The notes: generated by a model not told the origin, from the letters alone. Positions 16,560 through 24,849 are shown, counted from the first letter of the stretch. The stretch is 32,681 nt of DNA from Acidobacteriaceae bacterium (GCA_043746935.1 JAYTQD010000015.1:1-32681), one strand, 5' to 3'. Numbers and translations are program-made.

Positions 16560-17849
16560 TTAACCGATGTCTTCGCTCCAGTTTTCCAGAACTTTCTTCA
16601 GGTAGGCCATGAATTGGTCGGCAATTGCGCCGTCGATGAGGCGGTGGTCGTAGCCTAGGGTTAGGTGAACGACAGAGCGGATGGCGATGGAGTCGCTGCC
16701 GGCATCATCGGTGATGACGAGCGGCTGCTTGGAGATGCCGCCGATGCCGAGGATGGCCGAGTTCGGTTGGTTGATGATCGGCAAGCCAAACACTGCGCCG
16801 AACTGGCCAGGGTTGGTGATGGTGAAGGTGGAGCCTTCGATGTCAGTTGGCAAAAGCTTTTTGCCGCGGGCGCGCTCGCCGAGATCGGTGATGCCGCGTT
16901 GCAACCCTAGAAAATTCTTTTCGTCGGAATTTTTGAGTACGGGGACAATAAGACCCCAGTCGAGAGCGACAGCAATTCCAACGTTGATGTTGCGGTGGTA
17001 GCGGATGCTATCGCCCTCGAGCGAGGCGTTGATAATGGGGTATTGCTGCAAGGCGATGATGGTGCCGCGCACGAAGAACGGCATGAAGGTGAGGCGCGCG
17101 CCGTTGCGCTGTTCGAAGCCGGACTTCTGCTTGTTGCGGATGTTAGCGATGCGTGTCAGGTCCACTTCAAACATGCAGTGAACATGAGCGCTGGTGCGGC
17201 GGGATTCAATCATGCGCTGGGCGATGATGCTGCGCATTTTGGTGAGCGGTACCAGTTCGCCGGGGATCGGCACGGGAGCCGGCGCTGATGCGGGACGCGA
17301 TGCGGCTGAAGCTGCTGGCGCTAGAGCTGGCGCGGCTTCGGAACCTTTCTCCACAAAGGCCAGGATGTCTTGCTTGGTTACGCGGCCTCCGAGGCCGGTG
17401 CCTTGCACTTGTGCAAGATCGACGCTGTGCTCTTTGGCGAGCTTGCGGACTAGCGGCGACGACCGGACATCGTCGGCGTCTTCGCTGGAAGCACCGTTGA
17501 CGGCTGGGGGAGCGGCGGGCGCAGGGGCTTCCTGCTTTGCGGGTGCTGATGCTGTGGGCTTCGCGGGTGCGGGTGCGGCCGCGGCGGGCGCTGGTTTTGC
17601 GGCAGCACCATCTCCGTCGGTGATGACTCCGACCACGCTGTTGACCTGTACCGTCGCGCCTTCGGCGACTTTAATCTCGCCCAGAATGCCGCTGGCGGGC
17701 GCGGGAATTTCGGCGTCGACCTTGTCGGTGGAGATTTCAAACAGGGGCTCGTCGCGCTGAACTTTGTCGCCGGGCTTCTTGAGCCACTTGGTGATGGTGC
17801 CTTCAAAAATAGATTCGCCCATTTGGGGCATGACGATATCGGTTGGCAT
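16560..17849 (-). CDS. 2-oxoacid dehydrogenase E2 (dihydrolipoyllysine acyltransferase), succinyltransferase-like
   Basis: Lipoyl domain (MPQMGESIFEGTITKWLKKPGD..EISTDKVDAEIPAP), Ala/Pro linker, E3-binding segment (PLVRKLAKEHSVDL), catalytic YDHRLIDGA motif. The ES-I-x-EGTI and YDHRLIDG variants look most like SucB/OdhB, but no E1 gene is adjacent. Confidence 0.9.
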   Translation of the reverse strand: MPTDIVMPQMGESIFEGTITKWLKKPGDKVQRDEPLFEISTDKVDAEIPAPASGILGEIKVAEGATVQVNSVVGVITDGDGAAAKPAPAAAAPAPAKPTASAPAKQEAPAPAAPPAVNGASSEDADDVRSSPLVRKLAKEHSVDLAQVQGTGLGGRVTKQDILAFVEKGSEAAPALAPAASAASRPASAPAPVPIPGELVPLTKMRSIIAQRMIESRRTSAHVHCMFEVDLTRIANIRNKQKSGFEQRNGARLTFMPFFVRGTIIALQQYPIINASLEGDSIRYHRNINVGIAVALDWGLIVPVLKNSDEKNFLGLQRGITDLGERARGKKLLPTDIEGSTFTITNPGQFGAVFGLPIINQPNSAILGIGGISKQPLVITDDAGSDSIAIRSVVHLTLGYDHRLIDGAIADQFMAYLKKVLENWSEDIG

Positions 17850-18239
17850 GTATGTCCTTCCGCCGGGTCCATGGAATACGCGGAGCGCGGCAACCCCTCA
17901 TTATAGCGAGGCTAGGGAGGATGCGTCAGGCGACATAGAGTATGCTGTGATGAATATGCGTTTAGCCCACAGCGGTCGCGAGGCTTAGGGTTCTTGCGTA
18001 GGATGGCGAGCGAACTAAAGGCGAATCTCTTTTGTCAACCGCTGAGCTTGCTTCCGTAATCTGATTGATATACGATCCGATGTCACGTGAACGTGTGTGA
18101 CTTCGGTAACCTTTATCCCCTCGATAGCATCTAAATTGCTATATGTCAGACCCTACGTAACTTGAGCCATCTTTGGGCTAACTGCAAGAATTGCTCTTGA
18201 GTTGGGTTCTATATCAGCAAAAGGAAAAGGCAACAAGTA

Positions 18240-18461
18240 ATGTCAAACAAAGTCAAAAGCGGATTTCTGTACGCCGACCCGTCGTTCCTGTCGGGGCTAG
18301 CCCGCACGCTTGATTTGCACGGCCTTTACGATGACTATAACAGGAGCAATACACCGCTAGAGGCGGATGCTCGTGCGCTTGCGGCTGATTGGATTGTCAC
18401 TGGACAAGATCTCCAGGACGCAATGGACGAATTCCAGTCTCAAATTGAAAAAGTTGCTTAG
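18240..18461 (+). CDS. Hypothetical small protein (73 aa)
   Basis: ATG preceded by AAAGGAAAAGG. Sits in an AT-richer islet and ends 9 nt before the DUF2335 gene start. No recognisable motif. Confidence 0.55.
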   Translation: MSNKVKSGFLYADPSFLSGLARTLDLHGLYDDYNRSNTPLEADARALAADWIVTGQDLQDAMDEFQSQIEKVA

Positions 18462-18470
18462 TGTCTCACT

Positions 18471-18923
18471 GTGAGCGGCCGACGATACAAGAAACAGAGT
18501 GCGCCATTCAGGCGACAGGAAACCCCGCTGAACAAAATCACTCGCGTTGTAGAGGCATCATCATACGCCGGACCGCTTCCTCCGCCGGGCATGCTCCTGC
18601 AGTACAACGAAGCAATTCCTGGAGGGGCAGAGCGCATTCTGGCAATGGCCGAGAGGCAGAGTGCGCATCGTGAGGACATGGAAACAACTGTCGTGACTGC
18701 AAACGTTCAGAGCCAGGCACGCGGATCGTGGTTCGGATTCATTATCGCCATGACAGCGATTCTGGGCGGTATTTACTTAATAAAAATTGGCCAGAGCCCC
18801 CAAGGTCTAGTAACAATAATTGGCAGCTTAGTGGCTCTGACGACAGTGTTCATCTGGGGAAAGAAAAAAACGACAAAAGAACTGAAGGACAAGTCACAAG
18901 CACTTGCGAAACGAATGAACTAG
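18471..18923 (+). CDS. DUF2335-family membrane protein
   Basis: SYAGPLPPPGMLLQYNEAIPGGAERILAMAERQSAHRE matches the DUF2335 signature, followed by two hydrophobic helices (WFGFIIAMTAILGGIYLI, LVTIIGSLVALTTVFIW). GTG start. Confidence 0.7.
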   Translation: MSGRRYKKQSAPFRRQETPLNKITRVVEASSYAGPLPPPGMLLQYNEAIPGGAERILAMAERQSAHREDMETTVVTANVQSQARGSWFGFIIAMTAILGGIYLIKIGQSPQGLVTIIGSLVALTTVFIWGKKKTTKELKDKSQALAKRMN

Positions 18924-19054
18924 TCCTCAATTTCCCCCCGCGCCACCTCCGGCTAGGCGCCTCCGAGCCGGTTGTTTAGCGCCGCTCTGGTGACACGCTT
19001 GGACGAGACCAGATTTCCTCAATCTCCTTTTCACGCCTTCTGCGCGGCATTGGC

Positions 19055-19567
19055 CTACGGGCCGACGGATTTCTTCCACTGCTCCTGGACGGCCGGGGGC
19101 AGTTTTTCGATGCGGCTGAGGAATGCTGTGATCTTCCAGATTTCTTCGTCAGTAATGGCACCCTTCCAGGCGGGCATGCCGGTGTTGCGGACGCCGTGGC
19201 GGATGGCGTAGGCGATGTGCCACTCGGGATCGTCGGGCGGATCGAGAATGAGTTGCGGGACAGGCGGATAGAAATGCGAGCCAAACTGGCTAGGTTTCCT
19301 ATCGAGACCACCGTGGCAATCGGCGCAGTTCATGGTGTAGAGCTTCATGCCGTCCATGAGATTGGCGTCGGTGGCAGGGACGGGACTGTTGTCGTGCGGG
19401 GCGTGGCGCTGCATGGAGGCGTCCATGGCCTGGGTAGCGAGCCACGCTTCGGTGTGGCCGGGAGTGCGGTCAGCGTCGGTGTTGATAAGGCCAAGCATGG
19501 CGAAAGCGAGGCCACCGAGTACGAGTAGCACTACGGCTGTGATTCCACCAAAGATGAATTTTTTCAT
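19055..19567 (-). CDS. Membrane-anchored monohaem c-type cytochrome
   Basis: N-terminal TM anchor (GGITAVVLLVLGGLAFAMLGL), single CxxCH (CADCH), distal Met candidate in NTGMPAW. Confidence 0.85.
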   Translation of the reverse strand: MKKFIFGGITAVVLLVLGGLAFAMLGLINTDADRTPGHTEAWLATQAMDASMQRHAPHDNSPVPATDANLMDGMKLYTMNCADCHGGLDRKPSQFGSHFYPPVPQLILDPPDDPEWHIAYAIRHGVRNTGMPAWKGAITDEEIWKITAFLSRIEKLPPAVQEQWKKSVGP

Positions 19568-19641
19568 GAGAGCACCTTGCCGACTTAGGATGCAGCGACG
19601 AGTAGGAGTTTAGCAGAAGGGGCTCGGTGGGAGGCTACGGG

Positions 19642-20418
19642 TCATGCCCAAAAGGTTTCGTCTTCGCCTTTTAGTTTGCGGAGGTTAGCGGGAGGGCGCA
19701 CGGGTACGCCGACCATGTTTTCGAGGAGAGCGTCGAGAGATTCGAGCCAGAGAATTTGGCGGCTGAAGACGTGGCCGAAATTGCGGGTGATGGATTCGGC
19801 GACGCGGTCGAGGGCGACTGTTGCGCCGAGTTCTTGCGCCATCGAGGTGACGGGCTTGGCGGCGAGGCCGCAGGGGATGATGAGCTGGAAGTTGGCTAAG
19901 TCTACGTTCACGTTAAGAGCAAAACCGTGGGAGGTGACGGCGCGGGAAATGTGGATACCGATGGCGGCGATTTTGGCTGGCGTTTCGTTTGTGGTCCAGA
20001 CGCCGGTGAGCTTGGGGATGCGCGTGGTGGGGATGCGGAAGTCGGCGCAGGTGCGGATGAGGGCCTCTTCCATTTTACGAACGAATTCGATGGCGCCGAG
20101 AGTTTTGCGCTCGCCTTCTGGGGTGGTGAAGGCGCGGAGATCGAAGATGGGGTAGCCGACAAGCTGGCCGGGACCGTGGAAGGTGACGTCGCCGCCGCGG
20201 TCGCATTCAACGACTTCTACGCCGCGCTGGGCCAGGAGTTCGGGAGAGGCCAGGATGTTGGCGGATTGGGCGTTGCGGCCCAGGGTGATGACTGGGGGGT
20301 GTTCCAACAAAAGAAGGACGTCGCCGATTTGGCTGGCTTTGCGGAGGTCGACTAGTTTTCGTTGCAGGGCTAGGGCGGTGGCGTAGTCTTGCGTGCCGAG
20401 TTGGAGGACGGAGATCAT
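19642..20418 (-). CDS. lipB: Octanoyltransferase (lipoyl(octanoyl) transferase)
   Basis: LLLLEHPPVITLGR, RGGDVTFHGPGQLVGYP and KIAAIGI motifs characteristic of LipB. Confidence 0.92.
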   Translation of the reverse strand: MISVLQLGTQDYATALALQRKLVDLRKASQIGDVLLLLEHPPVITLGRNAQSANILASPELLAQRGVEVVECDRGGDVTFHGPGQLVGYPIFDLRAFTTPEGERKTLGAIEFVRKMEEALIRTCADFRIPTTRIPKLTGVWTTNETPAKIAAIGIHISRAVTSHGFALNVNVDLANFQLIIPCGLAAKPVTSMAQELGATVALDRVAESITRNFGHVFSRQILWLESLDALLENMVGVPVRPPANLRKLKGEDETFWA

Positions 20419-20427
20419 TTGTTAGAT

Positions 20428-20463
20428 CCCCGCCCTGTCGCTGACGCGACAAGGACGGGGCAC
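20428..20463. repeat. Imperfect hairpin repeat, copy 3
   Basis: CCCCGCCCTGTCGC (20428-20441), loop TGAC, GCGACAAGGACGGGG (20446-20460) plus CAC, in the lpdA-lipB intergenic region. Confidence 0.8.
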
Positions 20464-20487
20464 CCCAAATCTCGGAGCTGCGCTCCT

Positions 20488-20509
20488 GGACGGCCGAGGG
20501 CGGCCGTCC
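20488..20509 (-). terminator. GC-rich hairpin downstream of lpdA (possible terminator or RNA-processing element)
   Basis: Perfect 9-bp stem GGACGGCCG / CGGCCGTCC with a 4-nt loop, 16 nt after the lpdA stop on the minus strand. No U-tract follows. Confidence 0.35.
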
Positions 20510-20524
20510 CCACGTGTGTCAACA

Positions 20525-21964
20525 TCAGGCATTGATGGCTAGGCCATAGACGCTGTTGCTGGCGTCGAGCATAGCTTCGGCCAGAGTGGGGTGAGCGTGG
20601 ATAGTGAACATCAGCTCTTCCACGGTGGCTTCAAGTTCCATGGCTGCAACGGATTCCGCGATCAGCTCGGTGGCCTGTGGGCCGATGATGTGAACGCCGA
20701 GGATTTCGCCGTGCTTGGCGTCGGCGACGATCTTCACGAAACCATCGTGCTGGCCAACAATGGAGGCGCGCGAGTTGGCGCTGAACGGGAACTTGCCAAT
20801 CTTGACTTCGTGTCCCGCTTCGCGAGCTTTGGCTTCGGTCAGGCCAACGCTGCCGATTTCCGGATGGCAGTAGGTTGCGTTGGGAATACGGTTCGGGTTG
20901 ATGGGCTTCACGGTCTTGCCGGCGATCTTGCCGACGGCCACGATGCCCTCCATCATGGCAACGTGCGCGAGTTGCGGCGTGCCGATGACGATGTCGCCAA
21001 TGGCGTAGACGCCGGGTTCGTCAGTCTGGAGCCACTGGTTGACCTTGATGAAGCCGCGGTCGGGCTTGATTTTCGTTTTTTCCAGGCCGATGCCTTCGGT
21101 GCGCGGTTTGCGTCCGACGGCGATCAGGATTTTTTCGGCGTCGATCTTTTGCTGTTTGCCATCGACGGTGAAGGTGACAGAGACGCCGTCTTCTTTCGTT
21201 CCAAGCTTGGTCTGTTCCACTTTATCCATCTTGGCGCCGGTGTAGCAGGCGATGCCACGCTTGCGGTAAATGCGGCCGAGTTCTTTGGAAACTTCTTCGT
21301 CCTCGACGGGCACGAGCTTCGGCAACATTTCGAGAATCGTGACCTCGGTGCCAAACGACCGGAAGATAGATGCGAACTCAACGCCGACCGCTCCCGCGCC
21401 TACGACGATCAGCGATTTTGGAACAACGGGAAGGCTGAGGATCTCAATGTTGGTAAGTATGTTGCCGCCAGCTTCTAGGCCGGGGATCATCCGCGCTTCC
21501 GAGCCGCTGGCGACGATGACGTTTTTGGCTTGCAGAGTCTTGGCGTCGCTGCCGTCGGGCTTGGTGGAAACGGAGACGGAAAGGATGCCGTCCTTGGCGG
21601 GGCCGGTGAGTTTGCCCCAGCCGGAAACGACCTCGACTTTGTTTTTGCGCATGAGGAAGTCGAGACCCTTGGTGTGCTTGGTCACGATCTTGCTCTTGCG
21701 TTGGAGGACCGAAGCCCAGTTCAGCTTAGGCTCGCCGGTGAGTTCGATGCCGTACTCCTTGGCGTCCTTGAGGTGGTCCCACAGCTCGGCGTTGAAGAGC
21801 ATGGACTTGGTGGGAATGCAGCCGACATGCAGACAAGTGCCGCCGAGGACGCTGTCTTTTTCAATGAGGGCGGTCTTGAGGCCGAACTGGCCCGCGCGAA
21901 TGGCAGCGGTGTATCCGCCGGGGCCGCTGCCGATGATGATGAGGTCGTAGATGGAGGATGGCAA
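20525..21964 (-). CDS. lpdA: Dihydrolipoyl dehydrogenase (E3)
   Basis: FAD-binding IIGSGPGGY, redox disulfide GGTCLHVGCIPTK, NAD-binding VVGAGAVGVEFA, C-terminal HAHPTLAE. Confidence 0.95.
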   Translation of the reverse strand: MPSSIYDLIIIGSGPGGYTAAIRAGQFGLKTALIEKDSVLGGTCLHVGCIPTKSMLFNAELWDHLKDAKEYGIELTGEPKLNWASVLQRKSKIVTKHTKGLDFLMRKNKVEVVSGWGKLTGPAKDGILSVSVSTKPDGSDAKTLQAKNVIVASGSEARMIPGLEAGGNILTNIEILSLPVVPKSLIVVGAGAVGVEFASIFRSFGTEVTILEMLPKLVPVEDEEVSKELGRIYRKRGIACYTGAKMDKVEQTKLGTKEDGVSVTFTVDGKQQKIDAEKILIAVGRKPRTEGIGLEKTKIKPDRGFIKVNQWLQTDEPGVYAIGDIVIGTPQLAHVAMMEGIVAVGKIAGKTVKPINPNRIPNATYCHPEIGSVGLTEAKAREAGHEVKIGKFPFSANSRASIVGQHDGFVKIVADAKHGEILGVHIIGPQATELIAESVAAMELEATVEELMFTIHAHPTLAEAMLDASNSVYGLAINA

Positions 21965-22068
21965 ATTGGTGCTCCCTGTTTCTCTAGGTGCTTCTAGAGA
22001 GATGAAAATGGTGAACTAAGGATTCTAGATCAGGGGAGGGGTGTGATGCGAAAGGATCCGGACCCGAC

Positions 22069-22779
22069 TCATTTGAACTGGTCGAATATGGTTGCTTCCA
22101 TTTGCTTCGTGGACCAATTTCTCTGATTTGCCCACACAATGATCGCGGTCATGTATCTGCAATACGCCTCAAACGTATTGCCTTCCCAATTGCGAGGACG
22201 TTGGCTGACCGGTATCGAACCAAGAAACACAGGCCATACTTTGGTACGAATGACAGCGCCGTCGATTGCTGCAGGTGGATTTTGGACGAACTCTAGGGAT
22301 CGACACAGGAAGTGAAGAGTTTTGGACGAGATCACAGCCGTCCATCCCAATTGTTCATTTCCTGAACCAGTCAACATGGTCCAAGCGTCCGCTATAGATC
22401 GCGACTCGCGGATGGATTGCGCGCAATTGCTTAGCGTCTGGTCGATCACTTCGAGCCTTCGCTGCCCCCAGATTGCGTTGGGTTGACGCCACATTACACC
22501 CCAGCACGCAACCATAGCGAGTGCTTGTGTATAGCGCCCCTTGCTAAATTGGCTGATGATCTGATCGGGGGTACACTTCAACGGCCCGATTGGCCATGCC
22601 GATGGCTGCACGACTCGACGACTCCAGCTCTCTACGTTGAAGCCACACCCTTTGCCATCTTCTCCGAACTGAGCTGCCGGAACACTACCCTGCAGCAAAA
22701 GTGGGCGTTCGCTTGCAGCTCGTTCCGTAGAAGGATCAAGCGGCCAAAACAGAGTATTAGAGTTTGAAACAACAAGCAT
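22069..22779 (-). CDS. Hypothetical protein, possible helix-hairpin-helix / OGG-fold (DNA glycosylase-like) protein
   Basis: 236-aa ORF starting 4 nt after the Fic stop. LTGSGNEQLGWTAVISSKTLHFLCRS...PAAIDGAVI resembles the l..l.G.G...aSK.LHFl.P...pi.D..v block of uncharacterised OGG-fold proteins. From memory, low certainty. Confidence 0.5.
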   Translation of the reverse strand: MLVVSNSNTLFWPLDPSTERAASERPLLLQGSVPAAQFGEDGKGCGFNVESWSRRVVQPSAWPIGPLKCTPDQIISQFSKGRYTQALAMVACWGVMWRQPNAIWGQRRLEVIDQTLSNCAQSIRESRSIADAWTMLTGSGNEQLGWTAVISSKTLHFLCRSLEFVQNPPAAIDGAVIRTKVWPVFLGSIPVSQRPRNWEGNTFEAYCRYMTAIIVWANQRNWSTKQMEATIFDQFK

Positions 22780-22783
22780 CAGA

Positions 22784-23383
22784 TCAGTCCGCGTCGGCCA
22801 GCTGGGCTTTCAGTAAACCCGAAAGATAGTCGGCCAATTCTGTAACATTGAAGTGTCCCTGATCCCAAGCTTGGTCGGCTGCTCGAAGAGCAGCGTAATA
22901 CGGCTTACGGTTTTCTCGTATCCGTTCTGGCACTATTTTCTTCCCGCCTAGCAATCGGCCTTGCTTCAGGCAAATCAGGTAATAGCAGGCAGCCCTGGCA
23001 GTTCGTCCGTTGCCTTCAACAAACGGGTGTATCCAGTTCAATCGCCATAGCGCGTAGGCCGCGATCAGCGTTGGATGATCCCAGATTGTCCAATTCTCAT
23101 GGACCACAGAGAAGAACCGATCCATTTCGTTGGGAACATTCTTGAAGTGAGGAGGGAGATGGTTCCCAACGTAAATCGGCTCTTCGCGGTAACGGCCGCC
23201 AAACTGAGAGATGTTGGCGACCGCAGTGTAATTCAAAGCCCAGAGCGTATATTTATCGAACGATTCGATACCCTTCTCGAGACCAATTTCAATGCAATTC
23301 GAAAGCAAATCGTATTGGCGCAAAAGGTTCTGCTGTTGAATTTTTGCAAAGAGCGCCGGGTTGTCTTTTTCTCGGACAGACAT
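22784..23383 (-). CDS. Fic domain protein (AMPylase-type) with canonical active-site motif
   Basis: HPFVEGNGRTAR (nt 22994-23029) is a perfect HxFx[DE]GNGRxxR Fic motif. 199 aa, core Fic fold size. Confidence 0.9.
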   Translation of the reverse strand: MSVREKDNPALFAKIQQQNLLRQYDLLSNCIEIGLEKGIESFDKYTLWALNYTAVANISQFGGRYREEPIYVGNHLPPHFKNVPNEMDRFFSVVHENWTIWDHPTLIAAYALWRLNWIHPFVEGNGRTARAACYYLICLKQGRLLGGKKIVPERIRENRKPYYAALRAADQAWDQGHFNVTELADYLSGLLKAQLADAD

Positions 23384-23426
23384 GGGGATAAGGAAAGCCG
23401 GGTCGTCTGGCCACGGCTCACCCGAT

Positions 23427-23630
23427 TTACAACAGTTTTATATTCTCAGATGCGAGCCGCACGCTTTCTTTTGTGATGAGTTCCGATTCGGGGGCATTGC
23501 CAAAAGCAAAACTAATTCTTTGCTCGTGCAATTCCTCCTCAGTGACGGGTCGGTTACGACCGGCCTCCAAGAGACGCATCAATTCGGGGTCTGGTTCGGG
23601 AACGTTCTGAAATTGCTTACGATCAGCCAT
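23427..23630 (-). CDS. Small protein upstream of Fic, candidate cognate antitoxin/regulator (VbhA-like position)
   Basis: 67 aa from ATG 23630, preceded by GGAGAG; the track ORF start 23663 is less likely. 43 nt upstream of the Fic start. Contains SFAFGN, which resembles but does not match the inhibitory [ST]xxxE[GN] motif. Confidence 0.55.
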   Translation of the reverse strand: MADRKQFQNVPEPDPELMRLLEAGRNRPVTEEELHEQRISFAFGNAPESELITKESVRLASENIKLL

Positions 23631-23743
23631 AATCTCTCTCCACCTGGTTAGATGTACCAGCAATCATAACGCCGCACGGAGCTTCCCGAACTGTGAATTT
23701 ACTGGGCGGTTTCTCTTCTTGCCACTCCGCTTCACCTTCGTTC

Positions 23744-24745
23744 CTACCCCACCCACTTCGCCGCTTCCTTAGCGTAGTACGTCAGGATAATGCTGGCGCC
23801 AGCGCGGCGAATCGACGTCAGCGACTCCAGAATTACGCGCTCGCGCTCAATCCACCCATTCCGCGCGGCGGCTTCGATCATGGCGAACTCGCCGGAGACT
23901 TGATAGGCGGCTAGCGGTAGATCGAAGCGGTCGCGGGCGGCGGCGATTACGTCGAGGTACGGCATGGCGGGCTTGACCATGATCATGTCGGCGCCTTCTT
24001 CGACGTCGAGAGCGATTTCGCGCATGGCTTCGCGGAAGTTGGCTGGGTCCATTTGGTAGGAACGGCGGTCGCCGAATTGCGGGGCGGAATCGGCGGCTTC
24101 GCGAAACGGGCCGTAGAAGCCGGAGGCGAACTTGGCGGCGTAGGCGAGAATTGGAGTATTCAGGAATCCAGCGGCGTCTAAGGCTTTGCGGATGGCTGCG
24201 ACGCGGCCATCCATCATGTCGGAGGGGGCGACGATATCGATCCCGGCGCGGGCTTGGGAGACGGCGGTGCGGGCCAGGATTTCCAGGCTGGGGTCGTTGA
24301 GGATTTCGTAGTTGGGTTTATCGGGCGCGGTGCCGGGAGTTTGCTGCACAATCCCGCAATGCCCGTGCGACATGTATTCGCAGAGGCAAACATCGCCCAT
24401 CAAAAGCATCCCGGGCACTTCCCTCTTCAACGCGCGCGCGGCTCGCTGCACGATGCCGTCGTCGGCCCATGCGCCTGTGGCGACTTCGTCCTTCGTCTCA
24501 GGCAGGCCGAACAGGATCAGAGCTTTGACACCCAGAGCGTAGGCTTCGCGAGCTTCTTTCACCGCTTCATCCACCGAGAGATTGAACACACCCGGCATAG
24601 AGCCAATGGGCTTGCGAACGCCATCCCCGGGGCAAATGAAGAGCGGATAAACGAAGGACTCGGGCGTAAGCCGAGTTTCGCGAACCAAGGACCGAAGAGC
24701 CTCACTCTGGCGCAGGCGGCGGAGACGGGTGTTGGGGAAGCCCAT
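23744..24745 (-). CDS. hemB: Porphobilinogen synthase (delta-aminolevulinate dehydratase)
   Basis: Cys-rich metal site [14 protein letters not shown], Schiff-base lysine regions ([20 protein letters not shown]). Confidence 0.95.
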   Translation of the reverse strand: MGFPNTRLRRLRQSEALRSLVRETRLTPESFVYPLFICPGDGVRKPIGSMPGVFNLSVDEAVKEAREAYALGVKALILFGLPETKDEVATGAWADDGIVQRAARALKREVPGMLLMGDVCLCEYMSHGHCGIVQQTPGTAPDKPNYEILNDPSLEILARTAVSQARAGIDIVAPSDMMDGRVAAIRKALDAAGFLNTPILAYAAKFASGFYGPFREAADSAPQFGDRRSYQMDPANFREAMREIALDVEEGADMIMVKPAMPYLDVIAAARDRFDLPLAAYQVSGEFAMIEAAARNGWIERERVILESLTSIRRAGASIILTYYAKEAAKWVG

Positions 24746-24849
24746 ACCTAGGGATTCTACAACCCGGACGACTTAAGGTCGGGCCACACCTTGGTAACTT
24801 CATAATCCCGAGGGTTGCAGCCGGAGTTACGGGTTTCTTCTAGAATTTG

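Noticed and set aside
17480-17600. Ala/Pro-rich low-complexity repeat-like DNA inside the E2 gene
   Set aside because: This is the normal flexible linker between the lipoyl, E3-binding and catalytic domains of E2 proteins, not a repeat element.
18122-18134. 13-mer CGATAGCATCTAA shared with 31846-31858
   Set aside because: Exact 13-mers are expected to recur by chance several times in a 32.7-kb window when both strands are considered. There is no extended flanking similarity.
16485-18239. Search for a tRNA gene or att direct repeats marking the prophage integration site (also checked 4056-4093 and other intergenic gaps)
   Set aside because: No tRNA-like cloverleaf or GTTCGAATC-type T-arm was seen in any intergenic region. 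No convincing direct repeat links the left (about 4.06 kb) and right (about 16.5 kb) ends, so boundaries are left undefined.
18924-19027. Direct 12-mers TCCTCAAT[T/C]TCC at 18924-18935 and 19016-19027 as possible islet att remnants
   Set aside because: Both lie on the same side of the islet, 92 nt apart, so they do not flank it. They are also too short and imperfect.
19081-19100. 20-nt near-identity (GCTCCTGGACGGCCG[G/A]GGGC) between the 3' end of the cytochrome c gene and the lpdA-downstream hairpin region (20482-20501)
   Set aside because: This is a single short match with one mismatch. One copy is coding and the other intergenic, significance is borderline, and no surrounding homology exists. 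Noted only.
23093-23110. SVVHEN inside the Fic protein matches [ST]xxxE[GN], suggesting an in-cis (class II/III-like) inhibitory helix
   Set aside because: It lies only about 22 residues before the catalytic His, where the Fic fold has core helices and the flap. It is not in an N- or C-terminal appended helix, and a six-residue degenerate motif is likely to occur by chance.
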